This document shows, one piece after another, positions 1 through 9,042 of a stretch of 32,000 nt of DNA. A program made the translations under genes and the position numbers. The stretch lies in contig NC_000909.1 in assembly GCF_000091665.1 (NCBI RefSeq), positions 1,434,118 to 1,466,117 of the forward strand, written 5' to 3'. This stretch comes from Methanocaldococcus jannaschii DSM 2661. GTDB taxonomy: Archaea; AGJL01; Methanococci; Methanococcales; Methanocaldococcaceae. Below the pieces are notes generated by a model. The model was not told the DNA's origin and searched no databases. It saw only the letters and a program-made list of their open reading frames with translations. Every line of letters starts with the position of its first letter. The first letter of the stretch is position 1.

Positions 1-78
1 TATAGATTTATGATTTCTATGGAGTTATTTTGAAGTTATTTTAGAGACATAAAAAATATAATAATAAAATATTATTGT

Positions 79-1296
79 TTATAACTCTTTCAAAATTCTT
101 TTTAAAACATTCATATCACATTCAATCTTTATCGGCTCTTCACTTGCCCTTATAGCTGCATCTGGGTCTTTCAACCCATGCCCTGTTGTTATACAAACAA
201 TTCTTTCATCTCTATCAATAATTCCTTCTTCTAATAACTTTTTAAGCCCAGCTATTGATGAAGCTGAAGCTGGTTCAACAAAAATTCCCTCTTTTCTTGC
301 CAATAGCTTTTGAGCTTCAACAATCTCTTCATCAGTAACTGCTTCAGCATAACCTCCAGAGGAGTATATGGCATCTAAAGCCTTTGGGGCATTTACTGGA
401 TTTCCAATCCTTATAGCTGTTGCAATTGTCTCTGGATTTTTATATGGGATGATGTCTTTAGCTCTCTTTCTAAATGCTTCAACAATTGGCTTAGCTCCAT
501 CTGCCTGAATTCCGGTCATTTTTGGGAGTTCATCTATAATGCCAGTAATTTCAAATTCTTTAAATCCTTTCCATATAGCTGAGATGTTTCCAGCATTTCC
601 AACTGGAACAATAACTCTATCTGGGACTTGCCAGTTTAATTGGTCACATATTTCAAATGCTATGGTTTTCTGTCCCTCTAATCTAAATGGATTTATTGAA
701 TTTAATAAATAAATCAACTTCTCTTTTGCTAATTGTTTAACCATATCTAATGCATCATCAAAGTTCCCTTTGACTTGAATAACCTTAGCTCCATAGAACA
801 TTGCTTGAGCTAACTTTCCTAAGGCAACTTTTCCTTCTGGTAATAGAACAATACATTTCTTTCCACTTCTTGCTGAGTAAGCGGCTAAAGAAGCGGATGT
901 ATTTCCTGTTGAAGCACAGCCAACAACCTCAACACCCAACTCATTTGCCCTTGTTACTCCAACAGTCATCCCCCTATCTTTAAAGCTTCCAGTTGGATTA
1001 GCCCCTTCATTTTTTACATAGAGTTCTTTAATTCCAAGCTCTTTTTCCAAGTTGTTACATCTATATAATGGAGTTCCTCCTTCACATAGACTTACAATTT
1101 TACTTTCGTCTTTTACTGGTAAGTATTCCAAATATCTCCAGACTCCAATTTCTCTCTTTCTTAGTTTTTCTTCTGAAACTTTATCTTTAATCTCTTCATA
1201 ATCATAAATAATCTCCAATAAGCCACCACATTCGCAGGTGTAGATTATCTCATCCACATCGTAAGTTTTTCCACATTTAATACATCTTTGTAACAT
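79..1296 (-). CDS. thrC: Threonine synthase (PLP-dependent, fold type II)
   Basis: 405-aa ORF. PLP-lysine motif GSFKDRG. N-terminal zinc-ribbon-like CxxC...CxC (CIKCGK...CECGG), typical of archaeal ThrC. Strong SD (GAGGTGG) just upstream on the minus strand. Confidence 0.93.
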   Translation of the reverse strand: MLQRCIKCGKTYDVDEIIYTCECGGLLEIIYDYEEIKDKVSEEKLRKREIGVWRYLEYLPVKDESKIVSLCEGGTPLYRCNNLEKELGIKELYVKNEGANPTGSFKDRGMTVGVTRANELGVEVVGCASTGNTSASLAAYSARSGKKCIVLLPEGKVALGKLAQAMFYGAKVIQVKGNFDDALDMVKQLAKEKLIYLLNSINPFRLEGQKTIAFEICDQLNWQVPDRVIVPVGNAGNISAIWKGFKEFEITGIIDELPKMTGIQADGAKPIVEAFRKRAKDIIPYKNPETIATAIRIGNPVNAPKALDAIYSSGGYAEAVTDEEIVEAQKLLARKEGIFVEPASASSIAGLKKLLEEGIIDRDERIVCITTGHGLKDPDAAIRASEEPIKIECDMNVLKRILKEL

Positions 1297-1316
1297 TATG
1301 CCACCTCATAACATTG

Positions 1317-1411
1317 AATAGGACTTTTGCAGTTTATAGATTTGTTAAGGTTACTTGATATCTAACGGTGTTATCATTCAATTAGAATTGTATTCTTGCG
1401 AAAGTCCTATT
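1317..1411 (-). promoter_or_regulatory. Candidate structured 5' leader of thrC, closed by a 15-bp long-range stem
   Basis: aataggacttttgca (1317-1331) is the reverse complement of tgcgaaagtcctatt (1397-1411) except at one position, which is a G-U pair in minus-strand RNA. It sits about 20 nt upstream of the thrC start. A TATA-like ttaatata (minus strand, 1427-1434) lies about 20-25 nt upstream of the outer arm. Confidence 0.3.
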
Positions 1412-1623
1412 AGGCACTTTTAGGCTTATATTAATTCTTTAAAATTTTATTAAGTTTTTGAAAAATGCTACATATTATTAAACATGCCACTATGTAACCA
1501 TGTATTATTAAATCTTTATGCATTAAATATTTATAGCAATACCTAATATTTAGCATTAAAAATTTAGAATCTATAAATAGAGTAAACACGAGATGTTATC
1601 TTAAAACCTTATTAGTTCCCATC

Positions 1624-2326
1624 GAGGTTGTCAAGTTAACGATTTCATCCAGTTGTAGAACATCATGAAGCTTTTTATCCAGCTAATAACCGTATCGAAT
1701 TTACTATTATTTGGAAATCTATTGTAGAATACTTTAGTTCTTCGTTTGAGCACTGAGAAGAAGCTTTCTACGCAATTTCTTAGTCCGAATTTGACTCTTT
1801 CGAATTCTAAGCCTAATTTTCGCAACGCCCACGGATACCACTTTCCACCGTCAACTAAAATCTTTGGCTTATTCGAGCAAAATTTTAATATACTCTTAAC
1901 GAATAATATAGTATCGAGGTAATTTCTTGTCTTCGATATATAAACTCCTAAGCATTCTTTCGTTTCTACATCGATGGCAGACCATGCATAAATATATTTG
2001 TCTCCAACCTTTAGTTTAGTCTCATCGATTGCAATTAAGTTTCTTTCCTTTCTTTCTGGCTCGTTTAAAACTTCTTTAATCTTGTGATAATAAATTCTAA
2101 CCGATTCGTGGCTTATGTCTTCGAATTGGGAAAGGAATAAACTTACCTTCCTTAACGATAATCCGAGGTAATACAAAAGCCCTGCTAAGATTTTAACCTC
2201 TATCGATTTCCTATTCCTTTTAAAAAGCTTCCTCTCTACGATTCTCTCCTTTATAACTTCTATCGTGAGCCTCATATTTTATTATTTTTTATCAATATTT
2301 TGATAAAAACTTAACTTGACAGTCTC
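1624..2326 (-). mobile_element. IS6-family-like insertion sequence (~703 bp, single transposase)
   Basis: Terminal inverted repeats: GAGGTTGTCAAGTTAA (1624-1639) versus the reverse complement of 2311-2326, GAGACTGTCAAGTTAA. That is 14/16 identical with an 11-bp perfect core. One DDE transposase ORF fills the element and its stop codon lies inside the left IR. Confidence 0.8.
1631..2275 (-). CDS. DDE transposase, IS6-like
   Basis: 214 aa. Candidate D-D-E triad: [28 protein letters not shown] (E followed by K/R, as in IS6/IS26-type enzymes). Bounded by terminal inverted repeats. Confidence 0.85.
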
Positions 2327-2439
2327 CAATTTTAGTGGAAAAATATAAATTAAGAAAGAATAATACTATATTATTATATGATTATAGTATTAATTTCAGC
2401 ATAAAAGATAATGTAAAATTAGAAAAAAAGAGGTTTAAT

Positions 2440-2889
2440 ATGAACAAAAACAAAATAAAAAAAAGGGGACAGTTATCTGTTGATTTTGTACTTGCAATAT
2501 TATTTTTAATGTTGGTTTCACTGTTTATTTATTACAATGCACTTACATTTACAAATAACACTACGGATGCTTTGATAGTGGATAGGATGTACAGTATAGC
2601 CGATACATTTGAGAACTATGCAATCCTTTCATATACAAAAAATGAAACAATAGTTTTGAAATTAAAACCTATTGGAGATTTGGGGTATGTAATACATGTC
2701 TCGAATAAAATTATTAATGTGAGTTATAAAACCCTTATCGTATTTACCCCAACAGATAACGGTGTCATAATTTCTGGAAGCAATATAGAAACTGCCCCAG
2801 TTGATATTGGAAAAAATATAAGCATAACTGTGACTATTGATAAAAATAATATAACAATATGTAAAGAATTGACAATAAATATAACTTAA
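2440..2889 (+). CDS. Class III signal peptide (type IV pilin-like) protein
   Basis: The ATG at 2440 is preceded by aaagagg. N-terminus [10 protein letters not shown]|[22 protein letters not shown]: basic n-region, Gly at -1, Gln at +1, acidic residue at +5, then a hydrophobic helix (DUF361/UPF0333-like). The upstream GTG start at 2335 would lie almost on the IS end and adds a low-complexity extension. Confidence 0.7.
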
Positions 2890-2906
2890 AATTTTGGTGG
2901 GTTATT

Positions 2907-5900
2907 ATGAAACTTTTAAAGATTTTAATGCCATTAATCATTCTTGGTATAATTTCAATAGTAAATGGATATGTTATTGTGATACATCCTAACACTATGA
3001 ACATAACTAACAGTTCTGGAGTTTATAACACAGACCCCAATATCATTGCATACAATGTAAATGACACGATAACATTTGAAGCTTTAGCCCCCGATTCTGT
3101 AGCTCAGGATATATTAGATAATGGAGTTGTTAAATGGGATTTTGGTGACTTAACTGAGACTGATTATGGGAATTATAGAACAACCACCCATACATATACA
3201 TTTCCATTTCCTTATCCAGTAGCATGGTGCGGTTATCTAAATAATACTGGCTATTCGAAAGCTTTAACTTACAACTGGCTTGTTGTTGGAGATGTAGCAA
3301 ATACTAAGTATGTATTTAATGGCAGTCCGTTGAATTCAAAGACAAGTTGGGAGGTCTATTATAATAGCACAAATAATACTGTTATAATAAAATATTACTC
3401 AGAAACCCCTGTTGATAGGGAGTTTAATGGTTTAAGTGTTGATACAACTTCAGTAACTGTAAATGTTAGCAGAGATGAAATTGTAGAAGGAGATACTGTT
3501 AAATTTAATTTTTCAGTTAGTAGAAATATAATATTCTGTGTATGGAGTTTTGGAGATGGAACTTTTTCCTTTGAAAAATTTCCAGAACATACATATACAA
3601 AGTCAGGGCTTTATTATCCAAGAGTTTTAGTTGTTGATGATTCTGGAAGGGTAATGGTTGGATATTTGGATGAAGGAATTGAAGTAAAAAGAGCAAGAGG
3701 GGGGTATATTTACTGGGTTACAGGACCAAGTCACTATGATGGAGAGGCATACACTTATGTATATAATAGCTCTGGAGATGACAATAATAATAATGGAAAT
3801 GCATACACTGACCCATATAAAATAACCTATAAAGTTAATGACACTATAAAATTTGAAATGAGTGGAGCTTGGGGAGAATATTGGAAGTGGGATTTTGGAG
3901 ATGGAACAGAAACTCCTTATACATATAAGTCTTACTTTACTCCATCATATCATCAATATAAGTTTCCATTTATGTGGCCGTTCTTCTGGATGAGTTATGG
4001 GTGGGGTAGTTGGTGGAAATCAGATACCCTCAACTTTATAGTAGTTGACGATGTAGAAAACACAAGATATAATTTTTACCCTTCATCTGCTCATGATAAA
4101 ACTTACTATGATTATGAATATAATAAAGAAAACCATACGGTTAATTTATACTACTATTCAGATGTAATTTCGACTCCAAAATTTAATGTAAAATTGAGAG
4201 ATGGATATTATATAGATATAACAGCAACTGCTGACAAAACTCAAGTTAGTGTAAATGAAAACGTTAGATTTGATTGTTCGCCTTATGGAAATCCAATATT
4301 TATAATGTGGTGTTTTGGAGATGGGACATGTTCATTTGAAAAAAGCCCTACTCATAGATATTCTTCAAGTGGACTATACTATCCTCATGTATTCGTTATA
4401 GATGATAATGGAAATATAGAGGTTGGAATTCCACCACCAATTGGAGTTGGAGGATACAGCAGTTATCCTCAAATTTATGCTTCTCCTACAATAGCCCCTA
4501 CTTACTATCCAATAAATATAACAATAGTAGAGCCGGCATCGTGGACTTGGTATTGGCATCATATATATTTCGGAGATGGTGGCAGTGTTTGGATAAAACC
4601 CAAAAAATCGCCATATACTTTCACACATACATACACTTCAGAAGGGGTTTATCCAATATATATGAAAGTTTATACTGCAGAAAATATGAAAACAGTATAT
4701 GTAATAGACAATAAAAACCCAATAGCCAAACTCTATATTTATCCAAATCCTGCAAGTTATAAAGATACAATTTCCTTTAGTCCAATAAATAGTTATGACC
4801 CAGATGCTAATAGAATGATTCCAGAGTATAATTACTACGGCACCTTAATAGGGTATTATCCTATATCTCCAAACTCACCCATGGCAAGAATATATGGATT
4901 TAACTTAACAGTTTATGATTCTAATGGAAATGTTGCATGGAATTACTCATCAAATGAATTAACTATTATATCCAAAAGTTTTCCTATAGGGAATTACACT
5001 GCTAAATTGGTAGTTTGGGATGGAATGGGAGGAGTTAATTCAACAACTGTTAAGTTTAGTGTGATAAATAGACCTCCTGTGGCTCAATTTATATACTATC
5101 CAGATAAACCTGAACCTAATGAGGATGTAGAATTCGTTTCCCAGTCTTATGACCCGGAGGGTGAAATTGCATATTACATTTGGAATTTTGGAGATGGGAC
5201 CGTTATCAATACAACAGATACGATAGTTCATCACAAATATGAAAGACCAGGCTACTATACAGTTACCTTAACAGTATTTGACAAATATAACGCAAGTAGT
5301 TCAATATCAAAACAAATAGTAGTTGGGGGTATATTAGCTAACTTTACATATGAAATAATAAATGAAAATACTGTAAGATTTGAAGATACATCAGTTGTGG
5401 CCCCTGGGAAAATAATTAGTTGGCACTGGGACTTTGGAGATGGCAGCACATCAACAGAACAAAATCCTATCCATACTTACAGCAAGGAGGGGGCATACTT
5501 TGTAACCTTAACTGTTAAAAGCGATACAAACTTAACGGATAGTGTAACAAAGATTGTTATAATTTCTCCACCTCCAAAATATCCTCCAGTTGCTGACTTT
5601 ACGTATAAAGTAATAAATGGAACTACTGTAGAGTTTAACGCTAATTTATCATACGATGAAGATGGATATATTAAATATTATATCTGGGACTTTGGAGATG
5701 GAACACCAGCAAATACAACAACAAATCCAATTATAATACACAAATATAAAAAAGAGGGGGTTTATCCAGTTACCTTGACAGTTATAGATAATGATAATCT
5801 TTCAGATTCAAGAACTAAGTTAATAAATATAGGAGAATCATTTATACATAGCGTTCCAATACCGCCATATATTGAGATATTGATAGTTATTTCAACAATA

Positions 5901-5936
5901 TTCTGTTTCTTCCAAATTATAAGGGGATTAAAATGA
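2907..5936 (+). CDS. Large secreted surface protein with >=8 PKD-like domains and a C-terminal sorting signal
   Basis: 1009 aa. N-terminal signal peptide [21 protein letters not shown]. Recurrent PKD signature W-x-FGDG-[ST] (WDFGDL, WSFGDGT, WDFGDGT, WCFGDGT, YFGDGG, WNFGDGT, WDFGDGS, WDFGDGT). C-terminus [27 protein letters not shown]: Pro-rich motif, TM helix, basic tail. Many N-x-S/T sequons. Confidence 0.9.
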
Positions 5937-6160
5937 AACCTAAAAAAATAATATCTAATAAAGCTCAAATATCATTAGAATTGGCATTATTGTTAGGTGC
6001 TCTTGTAGTTGCAGCATCTATAGTTGGATTCTATTATCTAAAATCAGTTACGAGAGGGACCTCTACAGCAGAAAGTATTTCAAAAAATATAACCTTAGCT
6101 GCAAAGAATAAAGCATTGGACAATATATACAAAGTGAAGAGGGCCTTAAATGGGCAATAA
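5933..6160 (+). CDS. Small type IV pilin-like protein (class III signal peptide, UPF0333/DUF361-type; resembles Methanococcus EppA-dependent pilins)
   Basis: 75 aa. [11 protein letters not shown]|[25 protein letters not shown]. Start overlaps the upstream stop (ATGA at 5933-5936), implying translational coupling. Confidence 0.85.
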
Positions 6161-6614
6161 AAATGCTATATACATACTTAGATTTTTAATATATTTTTTT
6201 ATATTTTATTACATTTTAAAAATGTTAGAAGGAAACATAATGGACTTATTAACAATAACCCTATCTAAACTTTTAAATTTGAAATTTTACAAGAATGAAA
6301 TTATAGTTGGCAAAAATATTATAGAGATTAGCTCACCATGCACATGTTCATTAGAAATGGCTTTATTTTTAGGTTATATCTTTGGGACTCCTGATGTTCC
6401 TATTAAATATAAAATCTCATATTCAGTATTTGGACTTTCAATTATTACTATCTCAAATATTTTGAGGATAATATTAATAATAAATTATTCAAATATGATA
6501 AATTATAATGTAGTTCATGATGTCATAAGTTTTATTATCTTCCCAATAGCTTTGTTCCTGAACTGGTTTTGGATATATTTATTAAAAATGAAAAAAATAA
6601 TTATGTTTAAATGA
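6150..6614 (+). CDS. Small polytopic membrane protein, exosortase/archaeosortase-family-like
   Basis: 154 aa with about 4 TM segments. Ordered Cys...Arg...His in hydrophobic context ([16 protein letters not shown]; [12 protein letters not shown]; [14 protein letters not shown]). Cys-to-Arg spacing is about 40 residues, as I recall for the family. Encoded next to a protein carrying a tripartite C-terminal sorting signal. Alternative starts exist at Met25 and Met31. Confidence 0.55.
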
Positions 6615-6624
6615 GGGATGGCAT

Positions 6625-8499
6625 ATGTTTAGAAAAATTGTTTCAAAAAGAGGGTATATATTTACTTATGAGGCAATAGTAATTGCCTTCATTTTCTTGA
6701 GTGTTTTTTATATAGGGTATATGGTTTATAGTCATAATATGCTCACAGCATTAGAGGAAAAGAAGGATACTGAAAAATTTCATAAAGCTTTGTTACTAAA
6801 AGATTATTTTTTAAGGAATAATAAATTTCCTGGAAAGTTTTATAACAAAACATATTTGGATAATTTTACAAATGAATTAGATATTAAAGAAAAAACTTTC
6901 GACTTATTTAATAATTTTAGTGAATATAAGGGATTGATTCGTTTTATAATTTATCCAAACATATATGATGAAGAACTTGACAACATTTCAGACGAAATTT
7001 GTGCAAATGATGGACTTCAGGCTATAACATATAATTTCAGTAGCAACACATTTAAAATTTATTCAAATGTAAATACTACATTTAACAACGCCAACCTAAG
7101 TATAAGTGGGATGGATTTAATTTACTTTAAAGAAAATGTATATATTCCAAAAATTACTGGAATGAAATATGGAGATTCTATAAATCTATATGGCTGTAAT
7201 GGAGACCACATTTACTTTAAAGTCAATAGCGAAATTATTTCAGCATCTGCGAGGGTTGTTACAAATAATGGTAATCCATTTATTACTTGGCAGAATTGGA
7301 GGTATGCTACTCCAATATTAATAATAAACAACCTAAATCAAAATTTAAATGATTATGATGTAAAAATTGTTTTTGATTCTCAAAGTTATATAAATTCTGG
7401 AGAGATGAGAACAGATTGTGGAGATGTAAGGTTTGTTGATGAAGATGGTAATCCATTAAGTTATTGGATAGAGCCAAATACAATAGATACTCCGCATACT
7501 GTCGCCTGGGTTAAGGTAAATTTAGCTCCAAATGAACATAAGCTAATATATATGCTTTATGGAAATCCAACAGCTACAACGACTGCAAATGGAGATAATA
7601 CCTTCCCCCTATTCTTTGATGATTTTTCTAAAGGTAATTTGGATAATACAAAATGGACTTACAACTTTAATAATCCATTATTTGTAAATGACACTTATCC
7701 AAATGGGATTAATTTTACTTATTTAAGTTTAGATTATACTTATTACAATAATCATAATTACATTATTTATGATATTAATAATACGCATATTTCCTCCATT
7801 AGTACATACTATCCAAATACTTCTGTAAGATTCCATGCAAATTTCCATAAGAAATATGAGGAGTGGGGCGGATTTTATATAAACATAAATGGAAATGACT
7901 ATAACAGAGAGGTTATAACTAACTATCACTGGGGAGGAGAGTGGCTAAGAGCTGAATCTTCTGTATTAAATCAAGATTACGATAGTTACATTATCTTACA
8001 AGACCCAGATTTATACGATAATTGGCACACTTATGAGATTCAAAGAGATGGAGGTAGTTCAGTGAATTTCATAATAGATGATGCCATATATAAAACCATA
8101 TATTCAAACATATATACTGGAGATTTACCAATTTCATTCTATGCAAGAAAATATGATTATTCAACAAAATATGGTTACTATCCTGTTCCTCAAGACGAAC
8201 AAAACGGAAATATTAGCATTGATTGGGTATTTGTTAGAAAGTATGTAGAACCAGAACCAACAGTAACGCTTCTATCTTCTGATGTCATTTTTACAGTAAA
8301 TGGATATATATACAAAAAACCATTAAAATCAGTATTTGACAATATAGATATAACTCCAAATTTAAATGTGGGGATTAATGAAATAAGGATTTTAAGCTCA
8401 CCTCTTCCAGTAGAGTTTTTAATTAAAACAAATGAAAACACTGATTTTTACTATTTAACACTATCACCTAACAATGTCACCATTGTGGTGAAACCATGA
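6625..8499 (+). CDS. Pilin-like-anchored DUF2341 + ConA-like lectin/glucanase-fold protein
   Basis: 624 aa. N-terminus [10 protein letters not shown]|[22 protein letters not shown] looks like a class III signal. The central segment [11 protein letters not shown]...[17 protein letters not shown]...VAWVKVNL...LYGNP matches my recollection of DUF2341. It is followed by [17 protein letters not shown] ... [11 protein letters not shown], typical of LamG/ConA-like beta-sandwich boundaries. Confidence 0.8.
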
Positions 8500-9032
8500 T
8501 TAATAGCGTTGATTTAGCAATTGGAACTGCCATTCTTCTCATAGGGATGGCATATTGGACAGTATCTATTGTCGAACATAACAACAATTATGTGGATATT
8601 GTAAAATCTGATTATATTTTTGATAAAGGAATAAGCACTATGGAACATCTATCAGAGGATGGAACTTTGCAAGATGCTGTTCTTTTATATTATTTTGATA
8701 GAGTTAATGATTCAAAAAAACTTTTAGAGGAAAGAATTCCACTTAAACATTATCTTCTTTATATAGATAATAACCTTCTAATAAATAAATCCAATGGGGT
8801 TAATAATAGTAATAGTGTATATATTTTAACAGTTTTAACTTTAAACAGAAGTGAAGGGTGGTATGTAATTTATGGAAATGAGGACTTTGTAAATATATCC
8901 AAGGAGAGGTTTCTTGACTATGATGACGCCTATAATTATCTAAAATATAGAAACTACGATATACATATGCCTGTGTATCTTTCAAAAAATGTATCCTCTT
9001 CAAGGGTTGAATTATATATATTAGGAAATTAA
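8496..9032 (+). CDS. Hypothetical membrane-anchored protein of the surface operon
   Basis: 178 aa. N-terminal hydrophobic helix [31 protein letters not shown] start/stop overlap with the upstream gene. No recognisable domain. Confidence 0.65.
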
Positions 9033-9042
9033 GGGGATTGCC

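Noticed and set aside
801-983. 60-aa plus-strand ORF inside thrC. Similar nested antisense ORFs occur at 4374-4628, 5040-5234, 5255-5449, 5762-5968, 7729-7929, 8190-8441, 8800-9057, 10811-11014, 11258-11581, 13371-13574, 14069-14290, 14899-15102, 18771-19142, 28441-28638, 28711-28929 and 30980-31357, and a same-strand alternate-frame one at 10478-10666.
   Set aside because: All lie wholly or largely within, mostly antisense to, much longer ORFs with clear domain signatures. Their products are low-complexity (Ile/Phe/Leu/Ser-rich), as expected from reading AT-rich coding DNA in a non-coding frame. None has a convincing RBS. I treat them as shadow ORFs.
1440-1623. AT-rich 180-bp stretch with recurring attattaaa / gcattaaa words between the thrC promoter and the IS, as a possible replication origin or repeat array
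   Set aside because: It contains only short A/T words expected by chance at this base composition. I could find no ORB-like longer repeats and there is no adjacent cdc6/orc1 gene.
2335-2439. GTG-initiated 35-codon N-terminal extension of the first pilin-like gene
   Set aside because: The extension starts 9 bp from the IS end, is low-complexity, and would bury the class III signal peptide. The ATG at 2440 has a good RBS and gives a canonical signal-peptide N-terminus.
6150-6614. Possibility that the 154-aa membrane protein is the prepilin peptidase (FlaK/EppA/PibD-like) for the neighbouring pilins
   Set aside because: It is too short and lacks the paired Asp / GxGD-type motifs of aspartyl prepilin peptidases. 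The ordered Cys/Arg/His pattern in TM segments fits the exosortase/archaeosortase family better.
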